A stretch of 64,000 nt of DNA from Setoptus koraiensis (Eukaryota; Animalia; Arthropoda). The stretch lies in assembly GCA_048013815.1 (NCBI GenBank), contig CM106586.1, positions 2,046,001 to 2,110,000 of the forward strand. Reading direction: 5' to 3'. Below the pieces are notes generated by a model, which was not told the DNA's origin, did not search any database, and saw only the letters and a program-made list of their open reading frames with translations. Below are positions 21,201-34,505 of this stretch, piece after piece; the stretch's first letter is position 1, and each line of letters begins with the position of its first letter. A program made the translations under genes and the position numbers.

Positions 21201-22234
21201 CTCAATTCATGCAAGTAGCTACTAGATCTTATATTTGTCGCTCGACAATCATTCCGGACAATGGTAAACTATTTACGTCACAATCGATCAGCTTGGGCGA
21301 TCGTCTGCTGGCTGTGACAACCGACACTGTTTACAATAATATTAGTGTTCACGAAGATTTCAAATTGTTGGCCGATACTAACAACAATTCCTCGTCAATG
21401 GTGCATATGTTCTATGAGACTTCCGTTCCCACTCGTGCATGTCCGAAGGGTCGTTTTACTGTTATTACGCTTAGGTGTTCAAATCAAGCCTATAGAGTAA
21501 CGGCAAACAAGCAACGTATCATTAGAGATGGTCAGTATGAGATTGCCGCTCCTAATTCGTGTCCATACGGCACATGCGATGGGTGCACTTTCAATTTAAT
21601 TATAACTAGCTCTTCGTCGTCGTTGACATGTAGATTGTGCGAACTATCGGATTATAGTCAAATTGTTGGTGAATGCAAAAATACGGGCCTACAAACAATA
21701 CACTATGTCAATCCTAGACATTGTGCAACGCCGAAAGCCATGGCCAACGCCAATACAAATATGATTTTAAATGGAAAGAGCAGACCTTGTGTCACAAGCT
21801 TGCCTCGCCAATTACAATTATGGATATTGATATTATGCTCTGTTGGATTATTTCTATTGACATTGGTGTTTCATTTCTGGAAAAAGAATAGAAAACTAGA
21901 ATATAAATATTCTAAATTAGTTAATGTCAATGATATGAACGATCCAAGATCAGCACAATTCGACGAAGAGGACTCAAACTCGCTGGCCGAACATGATGAC
22001 TTTGGTAGGTATCAAGAGGTCGAACAGAGCGATACTAGCCAGGTGACAATTTTATCCAACAACAATGGCAGTCAAAGACGAAGACAAATGAATTATTCCA
22101 ATCCAATCAAGAATTTGCTTAGCGACGATTCCAGTTTAGATCGAATACGTGACGAAGATTTTGAGACAATTCAATTGACCAGTAACTCAGAAGCCAATCT
22201 GCTAACAGCCAGCGACAGGTGGCGCAACGCCTGA
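18287..22234 (+). CDS. ELAPOR: ELAPOR/KIAA1324 (UPF0577)-like type I membrane protein, single exon
   Basis: N-terminal hydrophobic signal, FTECDQYGGRWRV, CEPG Cys-rich repeats, HVYKLSLCG, CPYGTCDGCTFNL, C-terminal TM followed by WKKNRKLEYKYSKLV. Confidence 0.92.
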   Translation: MNERIFSIGQKSLVSNMSYNIILLFLFIIIIFSLSFFSELSFATFVNTSTNNRLLDAESNSTIGICNEQDFSFTFTECDQYGGRWRVLVPKYGYDATHFNCSLDDLKKNKSIAAELTQPVRVENCFTLCEPGSFYNKRSLNCEPCQQGYYSLGDGRKYSAFSQAMIDKNFRIFNETLYNPSASPDDNSDNSDEKHSENTEEYSSNRLEANPWRSSLRSQDKDNAGKRLPCPSWKVDENDKILKLDIESGVLFEGHGCASSVAMNVKIVKKGQIRYTYQYDDASSNVVFVFHHKNYESVSSGTASQSPNSKHTAYSASTQYKSNDLLVPQDLSFPEHTSQQRSWKTDIIDIEQPGYYIFVWRVSLLNQLWFSPRQQQQASTIGATTTSAYDSGSLKSTNAHIAIKSIEIHGIEYTSGCSMCEPGTFTNVTGAQVCTPCPINTANNLSGQRRCKQCDNELEFAQIGFNRCLARPKCGPNDYYRSVGICKNNKRLISYVWFEPKICTGGEQLPVEQEENCRKFYDNSGKKNRTRHIDKLISDIKLKKGAEFSGYQLWNRNLVCNPGMGMTVDGPHQHPTMGTIMAKITTILELKQGDTYAIDSIQNFCKYCPIGTYNDGHDMNCQICPAWLVPQFEFSLMLWSQNSTIISNYITTQSIGNGDASNYEDPSRSSWIISPEGDTYVRTSPSSLLGTYSVLNLIMPGFRTVRGGNVSFAFEIFCDQGDECQLFYLVSLGNQQAYLIQDWSSSTEGTEIFSHEIGFNTSFTSSWAFRRRSSYQSYARVYSLNVTNSIIGGAVSCSACTTVRTVIDGQNSCLSCPVGQYLNIGLNVSENEYKQQQLFTSATTGCERCPAGTTGNREVTNRIGIEQSCKKCGPQLVSSEDRLHCYSDCRFMLAGHWYNITGKHLENIDATTDEDDIISHSNADDHNDVITMKTSKLFASNGHEYYHVYKLSLCGLEAKANCIDNLNTSNDPQFMQVATRSYICRSTIIPDNGKLFTSQSISLGDRLLAVTTDTVYNNISVHEDFKLLADTNNNSSSMVHMFYETSVPTRACPKGRFTVITLRCSNQAYRVTANKQRIIRDGQYEIAAPNSCPYGTCDGCTFNLIITSSSSSLTCRLCELSDYSQIVGECKNTGLQTIHYVNPRHCATPKAMANANTNMILNGKSRPCVTSLPRQLQLWILILCSVGLFLLTLVFHFWKKNRKLEYKYSKLVNVNDMNDPRSAQFDEEDSNSLAEHDDFGRYQEVEQSDTSQVTILSNNNGSQRRRQMNYSNPIKNLLSDDSSLDRIRDEDFETIQLTSNSEANLLTASDRWRNA

Positions 22235-22975
22235 TATAGCCAAATTATAAATGAACCCCGTTGTTGACGGTCGTTACAAAACAATCTTATTTTGCTTGTG
22301 CTTAATTTTCATAAATAAATTAATAAATAGATAAATAAAGAAGTAACGAGCTATTGGAAAATCTGCCTCAATTGGTCGCATTTCATCTTTGCCACATTCG
22401 AAGTCGCATTTATTCAGGGATCAGTTCTCGACTTCCGATATTGTACATAGCGATTCGCGGTGCATTGTGTAGTGCCTGAAAACAGAGTGTTCCGTTCGAG
22501 TTCGCAAGAACGTATGCGTATTGCAATAATCTTGATTGGACATAATGGAAAAACACTGAGCAGCCAATTGTAAACCTTCAACTATCCACATGCGTAGTGC
22601 TGAATAACTAAAGCCCTGTCCGAACCAGTGTGCTCGAGCAAGAGTCGATTTTTCAACTTCATTCCTTTGAAATCATCAGCCTGCTGGCAACACGATTCGC
22701 CTCAGCAATATGTTAGTTACTTGACAGTATCTCATTCTATCAGTCGACTTGTGCATTCTTCGAAACATGAGTCGATCTCAAAAGTCAGCAAAATCAAGCT
22801 GAAGAATCTTTTCCGCCGATCACACTTATCTGTTCGAATAAAAAAACTGCTGTTGTCATTCGTGTGTTAGTTCATTCAATGAACCCCATTACATATTACA
22901 ATTTGTAATAGTCGGCGTTTTACCGATGCACATGTGATTATATGATTTTTATTACAATTACCAGCGACATTGGAC

Positions 22976-25900
22976 CTAAGTCTGAGTAAGTTTATTGCAT
23001 TGGTACTTGGAACATCCTCCACTTTGAGTGAAACCATATAGAGAGGCACTTTTGAGACGCAACTTAAACGAATGCGGTATATAGCTGTTGACCAGTATGT
23101 GTCCGAGTAGTCTTTTTATATTTAATTGTTAAAACAGTTGGAAGATAAATAAATAAGTTGATTGAATTAGTGGATTATGTTCGTTGGTGGCTATTAAATA
23201 AGGTGGTGTAGTAATGGTCAGACAATTGATACTCACATTGAGCTTACTGCTCTGTCCAATTTGTTTGCTTTATTTATGTTGACTTTGTCACTAAATTCAC
23301 ATGACAGCCTCTCAAGACAATGATCGTTGTCATTCAACAGTCCATCGCAGGTTAAGTAGCTAAACGTAATAGTGTGAGAAATAGAGCAAAGCAAGATTTA
23401 GATAATAGGTGATCCAAAGATAGTTTTGGTACCATCAGGATGTCCGTGTCAGCGATTGAGACAAACGGAATAATCAAACTACAACTAATGATACTCACCT
23501 GGCCATCAATTTGTCCCTATCTTGGTCACTAAATTGGATATGTTTCAGGTAGTCATTGACGACTTTAGATTCGCCTCTGGATCTTTGCGCAATCGAGTTC
23601 ACATCCGCATCCGAATTTCTCTGTTTTGGATGATGAGATTTGGCCATATAATATCCGCCACTTGTTGTAAAGTCTTTAATTCCGCTTGACTGACTTGGTC
23701 GTGGATTGTAATTCTGCTGCTGATGTCTATTTGACTTCTGATATAGACGATCTCCATCGTCTATTGATGACCAATGGTCATTATTGCTACTATTGTTGTT
23801 ATTATCATACAATTGATTATTTAAAACATTGTGCTTGTGGTAACCATTGTAACGGTTTCTATCTTTACGATTTCTATCTCTATGCTCATTATTGCCATTA
23901 TTAGTTAGTGTCTTATCATTGTCATTGGTCATATCATTGTAGTCTTGATTGGTATCGTAACGATTGTTGCTGTTTTCACTCATACTGTTGCTGTTGTTAC
24001 TATTAACGTCAATCATATTATTATAGTTGTTGTCATAATTCATAGATCTTGTCAGACTGCGCTGATTGCGTTGATCTTCGTCATGTTTGAAGTAATTGTC
24101 ATGATTGGAATCAGGTAACAAGTTTTCTTGATCTCTGATTTGCGAATGTTTTGCACGATTAGACTTTTTCTTCATCCTTTCGGCATCATTATTGTTGATC
24201 ACCTTCTTGTTATTATTGATATAATAATTATTGTTGTCTTTTTTGTTGCCACCATTAGCCACAGAGTCGTCATCATTCGATGCTTCATCGTCCTCTTGAT
24301 CATCTAGCTGAGTATTGTTTGGCTGTCTCTTGTTGAATGGTCTGTTGGAAACACTGCGGCCAGGAACAACGATGTCCGAATCCTCATTGAAATCAATTTT
24401 TTTGACATTTAATTTGCTCTCGGATCTACCACCGCTTAGAATTCTCTCATTAGCTCTCTTATTGAAATTATTACTGCCACCCATCTTACTACTACTGTTA
24501 TGTTGGTGTCTACGCGGTTGATCATTGTCTCTCTTGTTGTGCAAATCGGCCGAGTCAATATTCTTGGGATGTTGTTGCTTTGCGATGATAGCTGTTTTTT
24601 CCACGATATTCGAATTGTTATTGTTAGTAGAGTCATAATCACTTGTTGAATTGACATTGAGATCATAATCGCTGGAATCCTGCGAGTCAGAGTTATTTGT
24701 GTTGGATTGAGAGGCATTTCTTACCAATAAATTGCTCAACCTGACCAAAGCTCTTCGTGTTGCCTCATCTAGGACTACAGAACTACCCGAAGTTAATAAT
24801 TTCGTTGGGGCCGGTTCAGGCTTTGGCGTTGTCGATAACAGAGATTTGTCCCTTGCAGTTGCGGAATCTGCCGGTGCTACAGTTTGTTTTGGCGACACGA
24901 CACTGCGACGAGACGACCTTTTTGTGCCCCTCACATTCTGGTTTAGTTTTCCAGCTTGATTTGAATTATTAACATCTATCTTACTATGGTCTAAGTCGGT
25001 CAACGGTTGCCTGTAATCGGCTGCATCATCAATTCCCTCCTCGATCATATCATACGTGGGCAGACTAAGATGTTGTTTCTTTATCAGATTGTTCTGATGT
25101 TTTTGTTGGTGCTGTTGCTTCATATTGATTTGATTCTGGTGATTTGCTGCATCTTGTGCATCTGAACCGTCTATTTGCGTGATCATAGTGGTAATAATAT
25201 GAGACGATCTCTTACCACTTGCGTCACCTGCCAGAACATCATCACCAATCGATTGAATTGTACGCTTTGACTCATTTAACTCGTGACCGTCATTAGTGTG
25301 CTGTTGTTGTTGCTCCGATAATTTTTCATTGGATTTAAGTGAGGTGTCTTCATGGTTTATATTACTTGTTGCTGGCACACCGTCACTTTTAAGGGTATCT
25401 CGTTTTCTCCTATCATTCAACTTAACTGCACTACTATTTTTCGCATCTGATAATTGACTTTTCATTGAATTTAGAGCTACTTTTGATGCATTTTTTTCAT
25501 CTTCATACAAAGAACTGGTCGCCTCATTAATATCATTCGATGATGGGGGCGATATAATCGTCGACGTTTGATCATGAGTGTGAGTTCCATGGCTAGCGAA
25601 ATATCCAGATGACGATTCTATAGCAACAGGTAACGCCGGCCAAGTGTCTTGTTGATGTTGCTGAGTGTCAGATGCAGCAGACATGTCAGTGCTATTATTA
25701 TAATTATTTTTATTGTCTTTATTATTGTTAGCATTCAATTGATTGAGATTACTATAAATGGCAGTGGTGGTGTTGTCATCATTGGAGAAAGTATGATTGT
25801 GGTCGGTGTAGTTGTAATTTGCCAACGGTGACACCGATCTCATCAAGGGTGGCATAACTGTTGTTGTGTCGTCGCCATTATCTGCTTGTGACATAATGTT

Positions 25901-28900
25901 TTCATGGTCAAATAGGCTCTTTACTATGGCCGGTGGGGGTCGTGTAGATGATGTCATGGACGAATCATATGATCTGTTTGAATAGGGATTGAAATCTGTT
26001 GCGGGATCTACAAAATGAAACCTATGCGAAGAAGGTGACATTGTCATGTTGGTGGCACCTGACACTGGATGCAGAAACATAAATCCCAATGCGGGCGCCA
26101 ATAATAACGGAATTGCGGCCATCAATAAGTGGCCCGCATTGGAAAAGAATTCGCTGCTTCCAGATCGTTTTTTATTCAATGATGCTTCATGAGTATATTG
26201 TGTATGTTGCGGATATTTGACTGCTGAGAACAATTTTCTTTTGTTGCTGCCATGATTAGCCTGATTGTTGCCTGATAGTGTAGCCGATGAACGTCGTCTC
26301 ATATAAGGTGTCTGATGGGCAGCAGCACTTATAGCAAAAGGATGATGAATATCGTTGGTGTAATGATATGACAATGGTTGCTGCGAGCTTGCTATCTTGT
26401 ATTGTTGTCTTGATGGTTGCGGTTGCTGTTTCATCAGAATAGACATTCTATCAAAATCCAATGTTGTTGGCTGTTGTTCAGGCTGTATGGTTCCAAACGG
26501 ATGCATATAATCCTCTACTTGTATTACGGGTATTTGTTGGTGTTGTTGGTGGTGATGAGATGTCGTTATGGCAATATTATCCTGATTAGAATCTGATGAC
26601 GGACCACTAAATATGTAATTGGATGTTTGTTCTTGGTGATGTGATGGCTCATTTGATTGATAGACACCATTAGTTTGATGGAGTAGATTTAAATGTGCTG
26701 GCTCGCTAACAACAGATGGGGCACCTGTCGATGTTACATAACCAAAGACAGCGCTCTTTATTGTACGGTGTGCAACATTGTTAATTGATTGTTTTGCGCT
26801 ATAATCATTCTGTAGTTGTTGTTGTTTGATTTGATTGTTCAATAAATTTTGGTTGTCTTCTTGATTATTAGAATAATGACGTTCGTTGCTCAAACTATTA
26901 CTGGTGCTAGTTTTATTGTCATATAGACCAGTTCTCTTGTCCAAATTGTCATCTTGTTGATCATTCGTTTGATCGAAATCCTCACTGTTTGGTTCTATCT
27001 GAGTGCCACCATTTTGATCGGGAGCGGGTGATGTTTGCGTTACTGATACCGCCACCACAGGTATGAAACCTGTCGCAGGCTTTATTGGGGCCAATCCATT
27101 GTTGGTATAAGCGTCTTGAATGTGATTTGAAGTGCCAGCGGGAATGGCGGGAATTGTCAGTGGCAATGCAATAGATGACGAGGGCCTGTGACGACGAAGC
27201 CGGCGAGCTTTCGACAAACCGGCAAAGTCTGTCACTGGATAATTGTCATTGTCGCCATTGGTGACAGGTATCAAATTATATTGATACTGATCACCGTTTA
27301 ATTGTAACCTCTCGGGTATGCTTGTAGAGTAATGTTGATGATGATTAATCAAAGAAGATGGAGATCTACCGTTCAGTTGTATAGCATTACGCAATAGATA
27401 CGGTCTAGTGACTATTTGTGGTTGTTCAGAATATGCGGGATAATTTCCATAAAATTGCTGTTGTTGCTGTTGTTTTTGTTGCAATCGTTGCTGCGATATT
27501 AGTCGTTGTTTCTTTCGTTGACGTTGTCTATCCAATATTTGTCGCACTCTTATTTGGTCATCCATTGATTCAAACGGTTTTCGTTTGCTCGATTGCATAA
27601 ATTGATGATTGTTTCTTGTTACCTTAACACTGGATTGATCTGGTTGATTATTATAAAATTGATTTGATTGGTGATGATGCGTCACAATAGGCAAATCCAT
27701 GCCAATATTAGTTGCATAGTAGTTACTCGGTGTTGCCGATTGCTGATAAAATTGCTTCTCAATACTTTGTATAACACTTCCAACTCGATCAGAGTATAAA
27801 GCATTAGCTGGCTGTTGTTGTTGTTGTTCCGATGTTGATCCAATTTGACCATTGTGACCAATGACTGAAAACTGATTGTCCAACATGGATGGATATCGTT
27901 CATCCGTAGTTTGATAATTGTATGCAATGACATTCTCATTTCTTCTTGTCATTTTATCCGGCCTTCTGATAGTAAGTCTCCTTTTTAACCCTTGTTGAGG
28001 CCCTCTTAAACTGTTGCTACCACTGCTCTGTTGATGTTTGGTAGGTGCTGTTGATGATGACACAATGTGATGGTCACTTTTGTGATCTCCTTCATTATTA
28101 TTGTCATCATTATTTGTCTGATGCAATATAGAATGGCGACTAGCGTTAGTCTTATCGTAATCATTGCCATTTTGTTGTTTAACTGTAGATTTATTTGAAT
28201 CTGCATCATGTGGCATTGTTGTTTCTGCGCTTGTTTTGCTACTGTCGTCGATACTGGTTATTTCCGGTCGTTCCATTTGCTTATAATTGCTATTAACAGA
28301 TAACAATTGTGCATTCATTTGATCGTCGTACATTGATTTAGTTGCATCTGTTGTGCTCGATTCACCGACAGGCATTTTGGTGCTATTGTCTTGCTTTTGT
28401 TGGTCACGATTTCCAGCGACCACATTGAATATATCACCAGCCGCTGTTGATCGCAATTGGTAGTTGTTATTTGTGGTACGTGTTTGATGTGACTCGTTGC
28501 CAAAACTGTTGTCGAGAGAGTCGTCGAAAAGAACATTGTTGTTGCTATTGTTTTGCACCCAAGAATGTGAAGTTTGTGATGACTCTCTGCCGGATTCCAT
28601 CATCGGACCTACATTGGACATAATTTCATCATTAGATCTTTCTCTCATTGACGGTGATGGCTTATAATGTTGTTGCTCGTGTTGTTTGGGCAAATCATCG
28701 TCCTGTGATGTTATCAATGATATCTGAGACGACGATATTGCGATCATTGCGTCTTCGGTATCATTCAAATGGGATTTTTTCGTATTATTTTGAGTGTTCA
28801 TTATTCTCTTCGCACTATTTTTACTATGGTTTGTTCTAGTTGCTTCAAACGATGAGGCATTATGAAGAATTCTGTTATTTCTGATCAATGTTACGTCATT

Positions 28901-29362
28901 GTTGTTTGTTGTAGGAACTAAGGCTGCATGCCATGCCATTTGTCTATTTGTTTTACTCGTGCTGGCAATCATACTCTGATCGGCTATAATCAGTATGCAT
29001 AGAGACAAGGCAATTGTTATGAAGTTTCTCATTAGTTGTGTTGTTTGACGTGACGATATCATCATTGAACCATGCTTAATACTAATCAGGCTAATAAATT
29101 GTTTATTGCACGTACAAGAAAATGAAACTTCTTTTAATATGATTCTATTTTCATAATATTTCGCATACTTTTTTCTATAAGTTGTTGGTCTGCGATCCTC
29201 ATTAGTATCTGTACATGTTCTACTGATCAATAAATTATCCTTGCGAAACTGATGCGATGCTTGCCGAACTGATATAGTATTGAGTGACTTCAAACAGTGG
29301 CTTATTTTGTGATGCAATGATGATCGAATAATGCAATCACATTCTTCACAAAAAATAGCCAT
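22976..29362 (-). CDS. Large N/Q/D-rich low-complexity protein with small Cys-containing C-terminal domain; 3 exons (29362 or a downstream ATG-23499, 23359-23237, 23111-22976)
   Basis: 1955-codon ORF ends at a GTGAGT donor (23498); two phase-compatible exons give YLTCDGLLNDNDHCLERLSCEF...ILVNSYIPHSFKLRLKSASLYG...CSKYQC*. Signal-like FITIALSLCILII and internal hydrophobic LLMAAIPLLLAPALGFMFL. True start uncertain. Confidence 0.75.
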
Positions 29363-29928
29363 AGCTGGTCATTTAATTTCTTGGAATTATTGATTTTATC
29401 TTTATCTCGAAGAAGAAGAAGTTTCGATGATGCTATTATTAGATGCAGCAGAGAGTCTAAAATGGAGCAGCAATAATAGTAGTGATGGATGCAGTAAATA
29501 TTTGTCGAGTTGCACAACAACAAAGAATGTGCCCTAGCAGTCCATTCGAGAATACCGTTATGTCTTTGTTTTCTTTGTCTTGTTCGTCAAGTTTCACGTT
29601 GGTCTGCCCAACGGCCAAGCTCGAGTTGAAGCCGTGAGTTAGTTGTCAAATAGAATAACCTCGCTAAATGTTAACCTATCTCGCCATTGATCCCTCCCTC
29701 TCTCATAAACTAATCAAGTTTTTTCGCTCTAAATTGATGTATGTGTGACATTTCAGTCAGTCACTGTTTCAAATGAACTGTTACTCCAAATGAACTGATG
29801 CTATCAATGTAAATTGTTGTTGTATGGCTTGTGTGACTTGTTATGTCATTTCCATGTCTCAGATGCATCATTGAAGAGGACGACGACTGAGACCACCACC
29901 AGATCTAGGACCGTCAGCAGCTAATCGA

Positions 29929-29933
<5 letters not shown>

Positions 29934-29958
<25 letters not shown>
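29934..29958. repeat. (CA)n microsatellite
   Basis: Direct reading. Confidence 0.9.
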
Positions 29959-29959
<1 letters not shown>

Positions 29960-32914
29960 GGACATTTTAAGCGACCATTTTGACTTTGAAAATAATAACA
30001 CATAAGTATCACAATACATACAGTGTTAGCAACGGAAACAGTCAGTCAAGTGTTGGAAGATTGCAGAGATTTGCATCTACTTGAATCTACTGTTTGCCAT
30101 CGCGGAAAAAGACTCACATCACATATTAAGATGACTTGTTGTAGGAGTCATTAGGCTGGCGCTGGCTCAATCAAGCATATAGTGGACATTGCTCAATACC
30201 TGTTAACCAATAGCAGCTGTATCATGAGAGGTATGACAGGCTGTTGTTGTTGTTAAGTGAGATGACGGTCACTATAACCAACAACAACTATTACGTAACA
30301 TTGCAATTGTTGACGAAAATAATCGTCGTCTGCACTTGTATCTTCTATTGGCCATATAGCGTATGTAGTGATTAGTGATGCATGATGATCACTGATCAGA
30401 TTAATGGTAACTACTATCGGCTACCATTGTAACTTCCAGTGTTTCTATGACTGTCAAGTATATTCCTGCTAGCACTGATGACTGTTTAATTTCATTGACA
30501 GTAAGCAGTTGCTCATCGAGTAGACTTATTCTAGTCTAGTGTCAGTAAATGGTGGTGGTAGAAGTAAAATGCAATTTAGTTTGCAGTAAGGTAAAGTTCA
30601 AGTTGTAGATGAGACAAGAGAGAAGCCTATTATTCCCATCAATAAAAAAGCACTCGAATTGAGTTGATATTCTTTTTTGTCCTTTCCTGAATGAATGAAT
30701 TTCTTGCGAGGTTGAAACTGAATGACCAAATTGAAAGATCCGCCGACGGCGTTTTGCCCGTACTAACGTCCAACAGCCATACATATACACACAAGTAGTA
30801 GCACTAAGTCATATATGGCAGATTGGATAGCCCATTGATTCAATTGATTGAATTGGTCACTCTGCGAACTGAACCAATTCGCACAAATTAAAACGTTCTA
30901 AGACAAAGGAAACCTGGCTACTAGTTGTTATGTACAGGTGAGTGAATCAGGAACTACCAATGACCATCTGCACGAGTTAAGAGCAACAATATACAGTTGA
31001 TTACTGATATATTTTATTAGTACTAATATTAGTGATTATTGTAAATACATCTAAATAAACATTACACTGCGTGCATGTGATTGGCTGACACAGACCATCA
31101 CATTTAGGACCAGATTATATATAATACAACTATGGCGTATAAAATACATTATGAGTTGTAATTTAGTTGAGCTAATTGTATTGATTTGCTCTGCAAACGC
31201 GTATCAAATTACACATATGTGGAAAGTCACTAAAGTTGTAACCAACTTTTGTCGCCTTCTTCAATCTGGTTTTGTACTTTTGAGCAATGTAACCATTCTT
31301 CATTGTCGCTTGCATGACATTTTTTAAGGCATTCGATAGTCTGCGATGCACTGCAACGAATCAATGGACAGTCGTCACTGTTGTTGCGATATGTTTAGCA
31401 AAGTGAAATGAAAAATGAAATGGAAATCTATCAGTATATGCTACTGCTATTGTCAAAAGACATAGAAAACTTTTTTCGTAGCTTATAAATCATAGGGCTA
31501 GTTCGTTAGTATCACGATATAACAGATATAGAGTGACTTGTTGTTCGTGTCCTAAATTGTCGCGCAACAGGTGACATGTCAAATATACACGATACATGAT
31601 ATTTAGAGCAGCCATGGAGAACAAGTGACAAGTGGTACTTACAATGAGATGACATCTCGCTCTAATGGACCCGTTTCGTCGTCGACGCGCTTATCTCAAC
31701 TAAATAAACAGGATGACCGCTCAAAACAGTGATCAATTTGTAACATCACACCGCTACATGACAAACAATTGGCCAGTATCTAGTACTGTACACTATTCAC
31801 AGACCAACTAACCGTCAAAATTGCCATGACTCCTATTACTTATGTTTTCGGTTATCATTATTATTGTTTGCTCGCCAGTGATTGTTTTTTTTTTGCGCTA
31901 GCAACAATTGTCGTTCCATGTAAGCAAAGCCGAAATATCACAATATCTCTTTCTGTGTTCAATAATGCTCCAGCACTTGTTGTTGGTTCGACGGTTGGCA
32001 ACCTGCTTGGCATGAAAAATCTATACTGATGATTGTTGTCATTTTTGTTTGTTTCATGTGTCATCAGTAGTGTTATTGATCAAACTTTCCAAACGTTTTA
32101 TCTGACTGCCACCCGTCGTTGATGTTATTGTTTCATAATGGGCGTCGCTCAACAGACTGCATCTGATTTCGAAGGTATGTTGCTTCCTCTGTCGGCCAGA
32201 CTCAACAAAGTTCTCCATCAACAATATCATATTACTAAGTAAATATTATATTTAATAACACTTATATTACAACTATGAATGTGATAAACAATCAATAGCT
32301 TTTAAGACGCAAATCACCTTCAAGTGAGGACCATCAATCGGGAAATAATAATGTACATTGTGGCCTGATGCGTGATCATCTGAACGGCATTGTTGTTGCT
32401 TAGACGCTACGGTAAGAGGGCTTAGAAAGAGCAATTGCGAAGCATTAAATAGGGTCCGTGCTTCAGGAGAGAATGTCCGGCTGTCAAGGTCAGATAATTG
32501 CTGGCTGTCACTTTCTGTCATCGCTTTTGAATACCTGATATTACTCACCATTCGTTCTAATTATAATGTTGGTGGTCCACCGAATTTACGTATGGTGATC
32601 TCGTTAACTGGTGATAGCCGTTGTTTAAAAGCAAGAGCCATACTATGCCCATGATCGATATTTTATTTTCGATGAACATCTTCTCTTCTGGTATGATCGC
32701 AATTGTTGCCCTTACTATCGCTGACCATTGAGCTAGACAGCATTGATAGTGTCGATGGTATCAAATTTTTGAGATGTCTCAACATTTTCTCTGCCATCAA
32801 CTGATGTGAAGATAGTCGTAGTAGTCGCCATTATTGTTTTATTATACTCGATACGGTTATTCATCAAATAGCTATTGCCTCTTTTTTTTCACTGAAGACT
32901 GGACATCAATCTTT

Positions 32915-32965
32915 TTTCTTCTTCTTCTTCTTCTTCTTCTTCTCTCTCTCTCTCTCTCTCTCTCT
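32915..32965. repeat. Compound (CTT)n(CT)n microsatellite
   Basis: Direct reading. Confidence 0.9.
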
Positions 32966-33077
32966 GGAATGCCGCTTTCATAACGTTGTTTGTGACTTCC
33001 GTTTAATGAAACGTTACTATGGTGTGTATCTTTTGTTGTTTTTTCACTTCCACTACCAGTCCAATGTGTGTCTCGCA

Positions 33078-34505
33078 CTAAGGAATTTTGAGCTTACGCC
33101 CTTGCCGTTTTCTGGTGTCCACTTTAGCCACTTGCAGAGGCTCTATCTTTCTTCTATTTATAAGTGTCGAGTCATTTAGTTTTAAATCTTTGTCGGTGTT
33201 TTGAGTGTTAAATGAAACTGACTTTTTTGTCATTAGTGGTGTATCTTGTTCTCCTTTGAAACCGAATTGCTGTTGTACAGTTAGTGCTGGTGATATTACA
33301 GCTGCTCCTGATAATGATATGGTCATATCGTCATCCACAATGTAACCTTCGTTAGATAGATCGCTATCGAACCGAGTTATGTCACTCAATTCAATAGTAT
33401 TGGCCCCGTTAAAGTCATCGGCAACATCCAGCACTTGTCGTTGTGTTCTCTTGCTCAGGCCAACTAAAGAACGTTTCTTTCTAATGTTGTTCATACTATT
33501 GTTGTCTTTTGAATCGATAACAACAGATCGCCTTGATCTGTTGCTTGATCCCAATAGCAACTGGCCTATCATTGAAAGTGGACCGCTCCATCGATTCAAC
33601 GACGATGTGCCACCAGAAACACTCTGTAATATATTGCCTAAGATCGAAGCACTCGAGGACTGGTCATCATTGCCCAGTTTTGAAGGAGATTGGTTTGACA
33701 GCTGCTGTTGTGACGAGTAAAAGTTTCTTCTCGTGTCATCTTGCGACGCTGTGTTGGTGGTGGAAGCACCCCCGTTTCTCAGACCTCTTAACAGTTTGCT
33801 TATAGTGGGCCACCAAGAGGCCAGTTGAGTGACAGCAGGTAGAAATTGATGCAGATCAATTTGACTCAATTGCTGTGTCAAAGAGCTAGTGAACGACGTG
33901 GAAGGGGAGCTGGGTTGCGGTACGAGCTGGGTTGCTGATTGTTGCATGAATGGCTGTTGTAGTTGTTGATGTTGTTGCTGTCGTTGTTGCTGCTGCTGCT
34001 GAAGTTGATGTGAATAATGCGGGTGCTGACTATTCTTCTCCAATAATACCTGATGCTGACCTAAAGAGTCTTGATAGTTTTTCGCAACAATCGGCGAATG
34101 TTTTTGATAGCTGGGCACCTCCAACCAATCGTCTAATGCTAAACTCATCACTGGACTCTGGCTTATTATGTTGCTGTTAATATCTGTTGGTTGTGATGAT
34201 GTCAGAGTACGTGGCAAATATCTACTATGGCCCCACAAGTTTACTATTTTGGGCGACAACAACCTAGCCAGAAAAGATTGCACATGATTGGCGTTCAACT
34301 CACCTAATTGCTGAGGTAATTGTTTAGAACTCCATTGATGATTGTGAGGATGGTCTATGTCATTGATATTGTCAACCGATTGACCGTTATCACTATTGTT
34401 TGACACTATAAGTGTGGGCAGAGATACTAAGACAAATATCACAGGATAACATGAATATACCAGAGTATTAATTTTTCGATTTGAGTGAGCCATCCTTGAT
34501 CTCAT
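33078..34505 (-). CDS. Secreted Q/S-rich uncharacterised protein (3' end may be spliced)
   Basis: 475-codon ORF, signal-like VIFVLVSLPTLIVS, polyQ, RSRRS and RKKRS basic sites; possible GTAAGC donor near 33090. Confidence 0.65.
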   Translation of the reverse strand: MRSRMAHSNRKINTLVYSCYPVIFVLVSLPTLIVSNNSDNGQSVDNINDIDHPHNHQWSSKQLPQQLGELNANHVQSFLARLLSPKIVNLWGHSRYLPRTLTSSQPTDINSNIISQSPVMSLALDDWLEVPSYQKHSPIVAKNYQDSLGQHQVLLEKNSQHPHYSHQLQQQQQQRQQQHQQLQQPFMQQSATQLVPQPSSPSTSFTSSLTQQLSQIDLHQFLPAVTQLASWWPTISKLLRGLRNGGASTTNTASQDDTRRNFYSSQQQLSNQSPSKLGNDDQSSSASILGNILQSVSGGTSSLNRWSGPLSMIGQLLLGSSNRSRRSVVIDSKDNNSMNNIRKKRSLVGLSKRTQRQVLDVADDFNGANTIELSDITRFDSDLSNEGYIVDDDMTISLSGAAVISPALTVQQQFGFKGEQDTPLMTKKSVSFNTQNTDKDLKLNDSTLINRRKIEPLQVAKVDTRKRQGRKLKIP

